From the NCBI GenBank assembly GCA_038851755.1, contig JAWCKR010000001.1:1-64000 (forward strand): a DNA stretch of 64,000 nt, in the 5' to 3' direction. The position numbers and the translations under genes are program-made. The notes beneath the pieces were generated by a model. It was not told the origin of the DNA and did no database searches. It worked only from the letters and a program-made list of their open reading frames with translations. Positions 1 through 9,800 of this stretch are shown one piece after another. Numbering within the stretch: position 1 is the stretch's first letter; each line of letters begins with the position of its first letter. This DNA is from Candidatus Hadarchaeales archaeon (GTDB lineage: Archaea; Hadarchaeota; Hadarchaeia; Hadarchaeales; WYZ-LMO6).

Positions 1-76
1 AGAAGCAGCGCAGGTTGCACTCCCCCGTGACCGAGACCCTCAGGCTCCTCAGGGGCCTTCCGAACCTGTCCTCCAT

Positions 77-805
77 TCACTCCCTCCTCACCCTCAGCTC
101 CACCTCTTTCCCCCTTCCCCCCCTGAGGGAGGAGACCATCCCCAGCACCGTCTTGGAAACGATTTTGCGCACGAAGGGGTTCATGGCCACCTTTTTCCCG
201 TCCACCCGGAGCTCCACCCCGCCCTCCAGGGCCGCACACTTCCTGCTCCCTTTCTTCCCGGAAGCGGCCGCCACCAGGAACTCCCTGCAACTTCCGAAGC
301 CGCACTCCCCGCAGTCCAGCCCGCCCGTGGGGGTGGCGGCCCTCTCCTCCACCAGGTCCGCCAGGGCACCGGGGGCACGGAGGGGGAAGACGGGCTTTCC
401 CTTCACGCCCTTTCCCACGAAGGCCGCGGTGAACTCATCGTCCAGCTCCCGCGCCTCCTCCTCGCTCCTGGCCACCTTCACCTTCACCACCTCCTCCCCC
501 TTGAAGCCCTCCAGGATGACGAAGTCCAGTCCCCTGAGGGAGAGCAGGACCTCCTCCAGCTCCGGCTTTTTCCTCCTCTCCCTCACCGCCACCTCCTCCC
601 CGCTCACCGCCACCACCACCTCGCTCCCCGCCTCCGCGTGCCTCCAGGTGTCCGTTCCCTCCCTGTCGATGGTGGGGTGCCTGGAGAGGTGCTTCACCGT
701 CCCCACCCTGTACCCCCTCCTCACCAGCTCCCTCACCAGGCCCACCACCACCTCCGTCTTCCCGCTGTCCTTGTACCCTCCCACCCCGAGCACCCTGAAC
801 ATCAT
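77..805 (-). CDS. mobB: Molybdopterin-guanine dinucleotide biosynthesis protein B with C-terminal Fe-S domain
   Basis: P-loop GYKDSGKT, GYRVGTVKH, DREGTDTWRH, ILEGFK; C-terminal CGECGFGSC...C. Start ATG at 805 overlaps the moeA stop (ATGA); the 631-aa ORF extension is spurious. Confidence 0.88.
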   Translation of the reverse strand: MMFRVLGVGGYKDSGKTEVVVGLVRELVRRGYRVGTVKHLSRHPTIDREGTDTWRHAEAGSEVVVAVSGEEVAVRERRKKPELEEVLLSLRGLDFVILEGFKGEEVVKVKVARSEEEARELDDEFTAAFVGKGVKGKPVFPLRAPGALADLVEERAATPTGGLDCGECGFGSCREFLVAAASGKKGSRKCAALEGGVELRVDGKKVAMNPFVRKIVSKTVLGMVSSLRGGRGKEVELRVRRE

Positions 806-2025
806 CCACCTCCGAAGAGGAAGACCTCCACCTCCTCTCCCCCCTCCAGCCTCTCCCTCTCCCTGGGCGCTCGCAGATAACCGTCCACCTCCAGCAGGGA
901 GGTGATGGCGCCGGAGCCCTTCCTCACCACCTCCGCCCTGAGTTCCCCACCCTCCAGCCTGAGCCTCACGGGAACCAGCTCCTCCCTCCCCCTGGCCTTC
1001 TCCATTCCCTCCGAGAGCCTCACCCTGAGGGAGAGGGAGGGAGGTCCCGGAAGGCCGCTCATCCTCCTGAGGTAGGGCTCCACCAGCAGGTGGAAGACCA
1101 TGAGGGCGGAGAGGGGATAGCCGGGGAGACCGAAGACGGGCTTCCCTCCCACCAGCGCGAAGAAGGTGGGCTTCCCCGGCTTCAGGGCCAGACCGTGGAA
1201 GAGGAGCCTCCCCATCCCCGCCACCACCGAGGGGACCAGGTCCTTCTCCCCCTCCGAGGAGCCCCCGGAGACCACCAGGGCCTCGCACCCCGAGAGCCCC
1301 CTCCGGATCTTCCTCTCGAGCTCCACCCGCCTGTCCCTGGCCACCCCCAGCCAGACGGGCAGGCAGCCGCAGGAGGCCACGGCGGCGCAGAGCATGGGAC
1401 CGTTCGAGTTGAACACCCTCCCCCTCCCCAATCTTTTCCCAGGCTCCTCCAGCTCGTCTCCCGTCGCCATCACCCCCACCCTGGGCCTGGCGTAGACCCT
1501 CACCCTGCCCACCCCGGACGCGGCCAGGGCACCCACTTCCCTGGAGGTCAGGACCCTGCCGGGGGTAAGGAGGAGGTCTCCCCTCCTCCTCTCCGCCCCC
1601 CTCCTCCACACGTTCTCCCCGGGAGAAACCGGACGGTAGACCCTCACCTTCCCCCCCTCCTCCGCCGTGTACTCCTTCATCACCACCGCATCCGCACCTG
1701 GAGGCAGCGGGGCACCCGTGGCTACGCGCACGCATCCCCCCTTTTTCACCCGCACGGAGGGCCACTCCCCGGCCTCCACCTCCCCCAGTCTCCTCAGGGA
1801 GACCGGGGCATCCTCCTCCGCTCCGAAGGTGTCCTCCGCCCTCACAGCGTAACCGTCGTAAATCGCCCTGTCGAAGGGCGGGAGGTCCACCCCGCACCTC
1901 ACCTCCCCCGCCAGCACCCTTCCCGCGGCCTCCCAGATCCCCACCTCCTCCACGCGCGGGGAGGGTCTCCACTCCCTCTCCAGCCTCCTCCTGGCCTCCT
2001 CCAGCCCCACTATCCTCTTGACCAT
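802..2025 (-). CDS. moeA: Molybdopterin molybdenumtransferase
   Basis: PPFDRAIYDGYAV, TGAPLPPGADAVV, TGDEL, SGGSS, KPGKPT, GLPGYP; start MVKRIV at 2025. Confidence 0.93.
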   Translation of the reverse strand: MVKRIVGLEEARRRLEREWRPSPRVEEVGIWEAAGRVLAGEVRCGVDLPPFDRAIYDGYAVRAEDTFGAEEDAPVSLRRLGEVEAGEWPSVRVKKGGCVRVATGAPLPPGADAVVMKEYTAEEGGKVRVYRPVSPGENVWRRGAERRRGDLLLTPGRVLTSREVGALAASGVGRVRVYARPRVGVMATGDELEEPGKRLGRGRVFNSNGPMLCAAVASCGCLPVWLGVARDRRVELERKIRRGLSGCEALVVSGGSSEGEKDLVPSVVAGMGRLLFHGLALKPGKPTFFALVGGKPVFGLPGYPLSALMVFHLLVEPYLRRMSGLPGPPSLSLRVRLSEGMEKARGREELVPVRLRLEGGELRAEVVRKGSGAITSLLEVDGYLRAPRERERLEGGEEVEVFLFGGG

Positions 2026-2687
2026 TCCCTCGCCTCCTGGGCGAGAAGGGTGAGGAAGATCCTGAAGCCGCTCAGGATGGTCGTACCCTTCGCCTTGCTG
2101 TACTCGTGGTAGAAGCACTTAACGGGCACCTCCCTCACCCTCCACCCCTTCTTCGAAGCCAGGAGGATGAGCTCGGAGGAGACGGCGTACCTGTCGTTCC
2201 TTATCTCCACCTCCTCGAGCGCCTTGCGGGAGAAGCCCCTGTTCCCCGACTGGGAGTCCGTGAAGATCCCGCTCAGGAGGAAGGTCAGGACGTCGAGCAC
2301 GAAGTTGCCGAAGCGCTTGTTCAGGGGGATGCCCACGCTCCTCCTCTTCCCCACCACGAAGTCCGCCCCCTCCAGCCCCTCCACTATCCTCTCCACCGAA
2401 TCCGGATCGTGCTGTCCGTCGGCATCGAAGGTCACGGCCGCCTTCGCTCCCCTCCTGGCGGCCTCCCTCAGGCCCGTGCGCAGGGCCGCGCCCAGTCCCG
2501 AGTTCACCTCGTGCCTGAGCACCACGGCCCCTGCCGACCTGGCCACCTCCCCTGTGGCATCCACCGAACCGTCGTCCACCACCACCAGGTTCCTCCACCC
2601 CCTCTCCTTCAGCTCCCGCAGGACCTTGCCCACGGACCTCTCCTCGTTGTAGGCTGGGACGACCACCCAGACGTCTTCCTTCCTCAT
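2010..2687 (-). CDS. Glycosyltransferase family 2 (polyprenol-phosphate glycosyltransferase-like)
   Basis: VVPAYNEE, VVDDGSVD, FDADGQHD, DSQSGNRGF; ATG at 2687 overlaps the upstream stop. Confidence 0.88.
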   Translation of the reverse strand: MRKEDVWVVVPAYNEERSVGKVLRELKERGWRNLVVVDDGSVDATGEVARSAGAVVLRHEVNSGLGAALRTGLREAARRGAKAAVTFDADGQHDPDSVERIVEGLEGADFVVGKRRSVGIPLNKRFGNFVLDVLTFLLSGIFTDSQSGNRGFSRKALEEVEIRNDRYAVSSELILLASKKGWRVREVPVKCFYHEYSKAKGTTILSGFRIFLTLLAQEAREWSRG

Positions 2688-3265
2688 CTCCTCCGCTCCA
2701 GCAGCTTCCGGATCCTCACCAGCTCCTCCACCGCCCTCCCTGAATCCCCGAACAGGGGCCTCCCCCTCACCCTCTTCAGCACCTCCTCCCTGACCTCCCT
2801 GAAGTCGGAGAGGTGGATGAAGGAGGCCTCTGCCCTCCTGGCTTTCGGTCCTCCTCCCCCTCCGAGCTGGCCCGTGTAACCTGCGGTGTAGATGTCCACC
2901 GAGCCTATGCCCAATCTCCTGGAGAGGGGACCCTGGACCACGTCCACGCTCATCACCCTGGCGTAGGGGACCGTGTGCTCCATCTTCCACCACACGCCCT
3001 TCCTCACCCTCACCTCCTCCTCGGCCAGCTCGTACCGGAGGGAGGAGTAGTACCTGGGGATCCAGTAGAGCACCAGCGCCGCCGCCAGGAGGATGGGCAC
3101 GAAGTAGAAGGAGGAGAAGAGCAGGAGGTGGAGAGGGGTGCCGTACCTCAGGATGAGGAGGGAACAACCGAGGCCGAGCAGGAGGAGGGGCAGCAGGACC
3201 AGGAGGAGGTAAAGGTGGTAGAGCCTCTTCATGTTGGGGTGGGGACCGAACTCTCTGCCCTTCAT
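2684..3265 (-). CDS. Membrane protein with bacterial-type PH domain (bPH_2/YdbS-like)
   Basis: Two N-terminal hydrophobic helices, then YELAEEEVRVRKGV...VPYARV...QGPLSRRLGIGSV. Confidence 0.75.
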   Translation of the reverse strand: MKGREFGPHPNMKRLYHLYLLLVLLPLLLLGLGCSLLILRYGTPLHLLLFSSFYFVPILLAAALVLYWIPRYYSSLRYELAEEEVRVRKGVWWKMEHTVPYARVMSVDVVQGPLSRRLGIGSVDIYTAGYTGQLGGGGGPKARRAEASFIHLSDFREVREEVLKRVRGRPLFGDSGRAVEELVRIRKLLERRR

Positions 3266-3339
3266 TCCCCCTCCTTAAACCTCAGAGGAGTAAAAGCGTT
3301 ACACCAAAGGATAATAACGCAGTTTCCCATTCTTCCCCG

Positions 3340-3750
3340 ATGAAGACCTGGTACAGCGAGATAACCTTCTCCACCAGGAGGAAGAGCGAGGTGGTGGACC
3401 TCACCGACCAGGTCCTGCAGGAGGTGAGGAAGTCGGGGATAAGGAACGGACTGCTGCTGGTCAACCTCCCCCACGCCACCGCCTCCCTCACCCTCAACGA
3501 GGGGGAGAGCGGGGTGAAGCACGACCTCCTCAGGAAGCTGGACGAGCTCATACCTCCCTCCGGAAGCTACGAGCACGACAGGATAGACGACAACGCCCAC
3601 GCCCACCTGAAATCGGCCCTGCTCGGTACCTGCAGGGTCCTGCCCGTGGTGGAGGGAAGGGTGGTGAGGGGCACCTGGCAGAACTTCCTGGTGATAGAGG
3701 AGGACGGGCCCAGGACCAGGAGGCTCTCCGTCTTCCTGATGGGTGAGTGA
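3340..3750 (+). CDS. YjbQ/UPF0047 family protein
   Basis: HATASLTLNE, YEHD...NAHAHLKS, GTWQ, EEDGPR. Confidence 0.9.
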   Translation: MKTWYSEITFSTRRKSEVVDLTDQVLQEVRKSGIRNGLLLVNLPHATASLTLNEGESGVKHDLLRKLDELIPPSGSYEHDRIDDNAHAHLKSALLGTCRVLPVVEGRVVRGTWQNFLVIEEDGPRTRRLSVFLMGE

Positions 3751-4293
3751 GTGCCCCTCTACCTGGACATAGAGACCTCCTCCAAGACCGCCGACGAGGG
3801 CTCGGTGGTGGCCCTGGGCATCCTGAGGGGTGAAAAGCCCCACGTAAGGTTCTGCGCGGACGAGGGGGAGGAAAGGGCGGCCCTGGAGGAGCTGGCCAGG
3901 GAGCTGGAGGGATGCGACCTGGTGGTGACCTGGTACGGCTCCGGCTTCGACCTCCCCTTCCTGAAGGCCAGGGCCATCCTGCTCGGGGTGGACCTGAGGA
4001 GGCTGCTCCTCCTCCCCTCCCTAGACCTCTACCTCTGGTGCAAGCGCCACCTCCTCCTCTCCAGCTACCGCCTAGACTCCGTGGCCAGGTTCTTCGGCCT
4101 GAGCAGGAAGGTGGAGTTCGAGGGGAAGGACGTCTCCACCCTCTTCAGGCTCGCCCTGAGAGGGGACCAGACTTCCAAAGAGCTGATCCTCCAGCACTGC
4201 GCGGAGGACCTTGAGCTGCTGAGGGAGGTGCACCGGAGGATGGAGCGGTGGGTGGAGCATGGAGGGCAAGCTGGAGGGGCTGAAAGGGCTTGA
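3751..4293 (+). CDS. RNase H-like (YprB/DEDD exonuclease-type) domain protein
   Basis: YLDIET, TWYGSGFDLPFL, LDLY, YRLDSVA, HCAEDL acidic motifs. Confidence 0.8.
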   Translation: MPLYLDIETSSKTADEGSVVALGILRGEKPHVRFCADEGEERAALEELARELEGCDLVVTWYGSGFDLPFLKARAILLGVDLRRLLLLPSLDLYLWCKRHLLLSSYRLDSVARFFGLSRKVEFEGKDVSTLFRLALRGDQTSKELILQHCAEDLELLREVHRRMERWVEHGGQAGGAERA

Positions 4294-4831
4294 GGCCGAA
4301 GTCTCCAAATGCCGGAGGTGCGGGCTCTGGAGGACCAGGACCCGGACGGTCTTCGGCTCCGGCCCCCCACAACCACGTCTGATGCTGGTGGGAGAGGCAC
4401 CCGGCTCCCAGGAGGACAGGGAGGGTCTTCCCTTCGTGGGGGCGGCGGGGAAGCTCCTCACCTCCCTCCTCCTCTCCGCCGGGCTGAGGAGGGAGGAAGT
4501 GTACATCACCAACGTGGTCAAGTGCCGTCCCCCCGGGAACAGGACCCCCCTCCCGGAGGAGACGGATGCCTGCAGACCCTACCTGGAGGAGCAGGTGAGG
4601 ATCCTGGAGCCCAGGCTGGTGGTGGCGCTGGGAAGGGTGGCGGCCTCCGTCCTCCTGGGAAGGCCCGTCGTGATGGCGAGGGAGCACGGGAGGAGGGTGG
4701 GGTGCAGGTTCGCGGGGAGGAGCTTTTCGCTCTTCCTCACCTACCATCCGGCGGCCGGGCTCTACAGCGGGGGGAACCGCTCCTCCCTGGAGGAGGACTT
4801 CAGGAAGCTGGGGAGGCTCCTCAGGGGCTGA
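4259..4831 (+). CDS. udg: Uracil-DNA glycosylase, family 4 (Fe-S)
   Basis: CRRC, VGEAPG..ED..G.PFVG, NVVKCRPPGNR, TYHPAA. Confidence 0.92.
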   Translation: MEGKLEGLKGLEAEVSKCRRCGLWRTRTRTVFGSGPPQPRLMLVGEAPGSQEDREGLPFVGAAGKLLTSLLLSAGLRREEVYITNVVKCRPPGNRTPLPEETDACRPYLEEQVRILEPRLVVALGRVAASVLLGRPVVMAREHGRRVGCRFAGRSFSLFLTYHPAAGLYSGGNRSSLEEDFRKLGRLLRG

Positions 4832-5504
4832 GCTCGTACTCCGTCCTGTCCTCTATCCCCGCCCTCCTGAAGGCCTCCCTCCTGTTCAGGCAGGACTCGC
4901 ACCTCCCGCAGTGCACCCTTCCGCTCAGGTAGCAGCTCCAGGTCTCGTAGATCAGGGGGCCCATGGTCCTGAAGCTGCGCCTGAGGCACTCCACCTTGTC
5001 CATTCCCTCCTGCGCCGGAGAGGTGATCTCCACCAGCCTGTTGAAGTGTCCCACCGCCAGGGCGCCCGAGAGCAGGGAGGAGAAGAGGGGGGTGGTGTCA
5101 GGGTACTTCACCCATCCCGTCCCCGCATCCACCTCTGTGTCGCTGAGGGTGGCCCCGTACAGGACCCTCTCCGCCCCCACGGTGTGGGCGTAGGCCGAGG
5201 CGAGGGTGAGGAAGACCGCGTTGCGCAGGGGCACCACCACGTCGGGACGGTACTCCCCCCTGACCTCCACCCCCTCGTCGGTGAGCTGGGTCCCCCTCCA
5301 GAGCTCCCTCATGAACTCCATCCCCACCACCACGGGCTCGCGGAACCCGAGCCTCCTGCAGAGGGAGAGGGCTACCTCCACCTCCCTCCATCCCTTCTGC
5401 CCGTACCTGAAGATCAGGGGATGGATCTCGTATCCCCTGGCCGCGTACTGGGAGGCGAAGCCCGTGCTGTCCATCCCACCGCTGACGAGGGCCACCGCCT
5501 TCAT
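4821..5504 (-). CDS. queC: 7-cyano-7-deazaguanine synthase (preQ0; archaeosine pathway)
   Basis: PP-loop SGGMDS, YGQ, VPLRN, YPD, TWSCY...CGRCESC Zn motif. Confidence 0.88.
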   Translation of the reverse strand: MKAVALVSGGMDSTGFASQYAARGYEIHPLIFRYGQKGWREVEVALSLCRRLGFREPVVVGMEFMRELWRGTQLTDEGVEVRGEYRPDVVVPLRNAVFLTLASAYAHTVGAERVLYGATLSDTEVDAGTGWVKYPDTTPLFSSLLSGALAVGHFNRLVEITSPAQEGMDKVECLRRSFRTMGPLIYETWSCYLSGRVHCGRCESCLNRREAFRRAGIEDRTEYELSP

Positions 5505-5551
5505 CTCCCTCCCTTCCCCCGTGGGACTTAATATCCCTCCCTCCGAGTCTC

Positions 5552-6871
5552 ATGATGTTCGGGTACTCGGGGGAGCTGGCCAGGCTCCTCTCGGGGCTCT
5601 CGGCCAGGGTGGGGGACGTCCTGAGGGTGGAGAGCGGAGGAAGGGTGTACGAAGGCATCCTCATGCCCAGGACCGAGCTGGGGGACCCAGGCTGCCTGGT
5701 GCTGAAGCTGCCCAACGGCTACAACGTGGGGGTGAGGGTGGGCAGGGAAACGAGGATCACCAAGATGAGGGAAGGGGAGCCGTGGAAGAGGCTTTCCCCT
5801 CCCCCCTCCCCCTCCGATCCCTCCAAACCCTTGGTGAGGCTGGTGGGGACGGGGGGCACCATAGCCTCCAGGGTGGACTACAGGACGGGGGGAGTCCACC
5901 CGGCCTTCTCCCCGGAGGAGCTTTACTCGCTGGTGCCTGAGCTGGCGGAGCTGGCCAGGCTCGAAACCGTGGAGGCGTGCAGCGTGTTCAGCGAGCACAT
6001 GACGCCGGAGCTGTGGGTCAGGATAGCGGAGAAGGTGGCGGAGGGACTCAACTCCGGCGCCAGAGGGGTGGTGGTGGCCCACGGAACCGACACCATGGCC
6101 TACACCGCCTCCGCCCTGAGCTTCATGCTCAGGAACCTCACGGGACCCGTGGTCCTGGTGGGTGCCCAGCGCTCCTCCGACCGGCCCAGCACCGACGCCC
6201 ACCTCAACCTCCTCAGCGCCGTGGCCGTCGCCTCCCGCTCCGACCTGGGGGAGGTCTGCGTGGTCATGCACGCCTCCACCGAGGACGATTCCTGCCTAAT
6301 CCACAGGGGCACCAGGGTGAGGAAGTGCCACACCAGCCGCAGGGACGCCTTCGTGAGCATCAACGAGGAACCGCTGGGGGTGGTGAAGGGGGGAGAGGTG
6401 AGGATGCTCCGGGAGCACAGACGGAGAAGGGAGGGAAGGGTGGAGGTGGATGCCAGACTGGAGCCGAAGGTCCTCCTCCTGAAGGTGACGCCCGGAATGA
6501 ACGCGGACCTCCTCCTCTCCGCCCTGGACCTGGGATACAGGGGAATAGTGCTGGAGGGCACGGGTCTGGGACATGCCCCGGAGACCCTCTTCCCCGCCCT
6601 CAGGAAGGCGGAGGAGAAGGGAGTGCCCGTGGTGATGACCTCCCAGTGCCTCTGGGGGAGGGTCAACCTGAACGTTTACTCCACGGGAAGGGACCTGCTC
6701 GGGATGGGGGTGATCCCCGCGGAGGACATGCTCCCGGAGGTGGCCTACGTGAAGCTCATGTGGGTGCTGGGCCATGCAAAGAAGCCGGACGAAGTCAGGG
6801 AGCTCATGCTCCGGGACCTGGCTGGAGAGCTATCCCCCAGGAGCCCCCTCACCTCCCACCAACCCTTCTGA
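5552..6871 (+). CDS. gatD: Glu-tRNA(Gln) amidotransferase subunit D
   Basis: LKLPNGYNVG, TGGTIASRVDYRTG, HGTDTM, GAQRSSDRPS, KCHTSRRDAF. Confidence 0.96.
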   Translation: MMFGYSGELARLLSGLSARVGDVLRVESGGRVYEGILMPRTELGDPGCLVLKLPNGYNVGVRVGRETRITKMREGEPWKRLSPPPSPSDPSKPLVRLVGTGGTIASRVDYRTGGVHPAFSPEELYSLVPELAELARLETVEACSVFSEHMTPELWVRIAEKVAEGLNSGARGVVVAHGTDTMAYTASALSFMLRNLTGPVVLVGAQRSSDRPSTDAHLNLLSAVAVASRSDLGEVCVVMHASTEDDSCLIHRGTRVRKCHTSRRDAFVSINEEPLGVVKGGEVRMLREHRRRREGRVEVDARLEPKVLLLKVTPGMNADLLLSALDLGYRGIVLEGTGLGHAPETLFPALRKAEEKGVPVVMTSQCLWGRVNLNVYSTGRDLLGMGVIPAEDMLPEVAYVKLMWVLGHAKKPDEVRELMLRDLAGELSPRSPLTSHQPF

Positions 6872-6888
6872 GCCTTCCCGGCCGCCCC

Positions 6889-9141
6889 TCACCTGCCCTT
6901 TTTCCTGCCCGACCTCAGGGTGAGCACGGAGGGAAGGAAGAGCACGGCCGCCAGGAAGGCGTAGAAGATGACCAGGGCCACCAGCTCCCCGAACCTGGTC
7001 ATGGCAGGCATCCTGGAGAGGGAGAGGATGAGGAAGCCCCCGCCCATGGTCACCGCCGAGGCCAGCACCGCCCTCCCTATGCTGCCCGCGGTGCGCGAGG
7101 CGGCCTCTTCCGGGGAACCCTCCTTCCCCAGTTCCTCCCTGAGCCTGGAGGAGAGCTGGACGCTGTAGTCTATCCCCATCCCTATCATGAGGGAGAAGCT
7201 CCCGAGCGTGAAGACGTCCAGGGACCAGCCGAGCAGGTAGAAGGTCCCCAGCTCCCACACCACCACCATGCACACGGGGAAGATGGTGAGGGCCCCCAGC
7301 ACCGGGGAGCGGAAGAGGAGGACCAGGACGAGGAAGCAGGCGACGAGGGCCAGGACCGTGGTCTTCACCATGTTGGGGAGGACCCTGGAGAAGAGGTCGG
7401 AGATGACGGCCGGGGCCCCACCCACCGCCGGTGCCCCGTCCACCCTGAGGCTGACGAGCTGGCTGGAGAAGTTCTCCACGTGGTCCCTCACCACCTCCGT
7501 AACCTTCTTGAAGTCCCTGTCCGTCCTGCCCAGCACGCTGAAGACGACGATGGTCTTGTCCCCCGAGAAGGGAAGGAGGAGACCATGGTTGGACTCCCTC
7601 AGGTTCTCCAGCACTGCCAGTACCGCCTCCCTAGTGGGTGGGAGGGAACCGCTGAACATGAGAACCGCATCCGCCACGCTGTAGCTACCCCCCACCAGGC
7701 CCTGCGCCCTGGGATCCTCCCTCACCCCCTGCTCGAGCGCCAGCAACTGCTGCAGGGCCTGGGGCTGCAGGAAGTCCCCCTGCACCAGGACGAAGAGCTG
7801 GCTCTGGCCCCCGAAGAGCTCCTCTATCCTGTGCTGGGTCTGGAGGGACTCCACCCCCGAGGGCAGGAGGAGGTCGAAGGACATGGTGGAGCTTACCCTG
7901 GGGGCCACGAGGGCGGAAAGGGCCACGGTCACCGCCAAACCCGCCAGGATGATCCTCCGGTGGCGCACGATCCCTCTTCCCACGGAGGCCAAGCCCCTGC
8001 TCACCCCTCCCTCCCTGCCGCCCGCTCCCACCTCCCCCCTGCGCGCCAGGGCCGGCAGGAGGACCAGGGTCAGGAGAAAGGCGAAGCCCACGGCCAGGGC
8101 GGCGAACTGCCCCAGCGTCCTCACGGGGGGGAGGTCGGAGATGGAAAAGGAGAGGAAGCCTATCACGGTGGTGAGGAAGCACATCAAAACCGCTCCCCCC
8201 ACCCTCCTGGCGGAGGTCCCCAGGGCCACCTCCACCCCCTCCCCCCTCTTCCTCTCCTCGTAGTACCTGGAGAGGAGGTAGAGGGAGTAGTCTATCCCTG
8301 CCACCATGGAGATGGGGACGAGGGCCACGTGGATGGAGGTGAAGTCCGCACCCGTCAGGCCCATCACCCCCATGGTCCAGAGGGCGGCCAGTCCCACCAC
8401 CAGCAGGCACCTGCCCACGTCGGAGAACCTGCGGAAGGTCAGGAAGAGGAGGAGGGTGATGAAGAGGAAGGTGGCCGGCATGAGCACGCGGTTGTCCCTG
8501 CTCATGAGCCTCCCTATGTCCCTCTCCATGGAGTAGGAACCCGTGAGGCCCAGGTCCAGACCCTCCACGCCCTTCAGCCTCTCCTCCATCACCTCCACCG
8601 CCTTCACGAGCTCCTCCTTGGGGAGGGAGGAGTTCAGGTACACCACCATCTTCCCCGCCCTCAAATCGGGGGTGAGATAGCCGGCTAGCTGCGCTGAGGC
8701 CTGTGGACTGGACATGAAGGTGAGGTAGGCCCCCATCACCAGGGACTCCACGAGCGGGTCGTTGGAGGGGTCCTGCAGGAGCTCCCTCACCTGGGGGAGG
8801 TGCTGGAGGAGGAGGTCCGCGTAGGACTGGTACCCCACCACCCTGTTCTCCAGCGCGGGAGAGGAGAAGAAGTTCTCCAGGTAGAGGACCTCCCTCAGGG
8901 CCCCGGCCTTGAGCAGGTTCTCCCCCTCCACCAGCACCGTTTCGAAGACCATTCCCGGGAACTCCTCGGCCACCAGCAAGGTTACCCTGACGGAGGGCTG
9001 ATCGGAGGAGAGGAACTTCTTGTAGTCGGAGGTCTGCCTCACCTGGCTGGCCCCGTAAGCCATGGCACACGAAACGAGGAGGATCGCCAGCAGAACGGCC
9101 CCCCTCCTCCTGGCACAGGAAAGGGCAATCCTGTCGAGCAT
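6889..9141 (-). CDS. RND/MMPL family transporter
   Basis: Internally duplicated multi-TM architecture with GIDY motif in both halves, TTVIGF, two extracytoplasmic loops; 750 aa. Confidence 0.88.
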   Translation of the reverse strand: MLDRIALSCARRRGAVLLAILLVSCAMAYGASQVRQTSDYKKFLSSDQPSVRVTLLVAEEFPGMVFETVLVEGENLLKAGALREVLYLENFFSSPALENRVVGYQSYADLLLQHLPQVRELLQDPSNDPLVESLVMGAYLTFMSSPQASAQLAGYLTPDLRAGKMVVYLNSSLPKEELVKAVEVMEERLKGVEGLDLGLTGSYSMERDIGRLMSRDNRVLMPATFLFITLLLFLTFRRFSDVGRCLLVVGLAALWTMGVMGLTGADFTSIHVALVPISMVAGIDYSLYLLSRYYEERKRGEGVEVALGTSARRVGGAVLMCFLTTVIGFLSFSISDLPPVRTLGQFAALAVGFAFLLTLVLLPALARRGEVGAGGREGGVSRGLASVGRGIVRHRRIILAGLAVTVALSALVAPRVSSTMSFDLLLPSGVESLQTQHRIEELFGGQSQLFVLVQGDFLQPQALQQLLALEQGVREDPRAQGLVGGSYSVADAVLMFSGSLPPTREAVLAVLENLRESNHGLLLPFSGDKTIVVFSVLGRTDRDFKKVTEVVRDHVENFSSQLVSLRVDGAPAVGGAPAVISDLFSRVLPNMVKTTVLALVACFLVLVLLFRSPVLGALTIFPVCMVVVWELGTFYLLGWSLDVFTLGSFSLMIGMGIDYSVQLSSRLREELGKEGSPEEAASRTAGSIGRAVLASAVTMGGGFLILSLSRMPAMTRFGELVALVIFYAFLAAVLFLPSVLTLRSGRKKGR

Positions 9142-9193
9142 CTGGAGAAGGTCTCATCCTCCTCCTTAAAGGGTTTTGGGAAAACTTTCTGGG

Positions 9194-9769
9194 ATGAAGC
9201 CCCTGCCGAGGTCCTTCTACGAAAGAGAGCCCCCCGAGGTCGCCAGGAGACTATTGGGCAAAGTGCTGGTGCATCGGTCGGAGGAAGGCCTCACCTCCGG
9301 AATGATCGTGGAAACGGAGGCCTACTGCGGAGAGTGGGATCCGGCCTCCCGCGCCTCCAGGGGAAAGACCCGCCTGACCCGGATGATGTGGGGGCCCCCG
9401 GGGACCTCTTTCGTCTACATGGTGCACGGGAACTGGCTCTTCAACGTGGTTGCCCACCTGAAGGGAGAGGCGGGGGCCGTGCTGGTCAGGGCCCTTGAGC
9501 CCATGGAAGGGGTGGAGCTCATGAAGAGGCGGAGGAAGGTGGAGGGTGAGAGGGAGCTGACCTCCGGTCCTGGGAAGCTCACCAAAGCCATGGGCATCAC
9601 GGGCCTCCACCACGGCAAGGACCTCACGGACCCTGGGGGAGAGCTCCTCATCCTTCCAGGGAGAAGGGTCGAGAGCATCCTGACCTCCCACCGGATAGGC
9701 CTGAAGGAGGACCTCCCGGAGAACCTCCGTTTCTTCCTCCCGGGGAACCCCTTCGTCTCCAAGCGGTGA
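9194..9769 (+). CDS. mpg: 3-methyladenine DNA glycosylase (AAG/MPG family)
   Basis: VARRLLGK, IVETEAY, YMVHG, AVLVRALEP, TSGPGKL, RIG; ATG at 9194 chosen. Confidence 0.92.
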   Translation: MKPLPRSFYEREPPEVARRLLGKVLVHRSEEGLTSGMIVETEAYCGEWDPASRASRGKTRLTRMMWGPPGTSFVYMVHGNWLFNVVAHLKGEAGAVLVRALEPMEGVELMKRRRKVEGERELTSGPGKLTKAMGITGLHHGKDLTDPGGELLILPGRRVESILTSHRIGLKEDLPENLRFFLPGNPFVSKR

Positions 9770-9800
9770 TTTCTAAAACTCCCCAAGACAAGGGAGTGGG

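Noticed and set aside
806-1972. N-terminal extension of mobB in the 631-aa ORF
   Set aside because: Off-frame overlap with moeA; the real start is at 805.
4821-5504. QueC as part of a DNA-modification or defence system (dpd, QatABCD)
   Set aside because: No partner genes nearby; archaeosine synthesis explains it.
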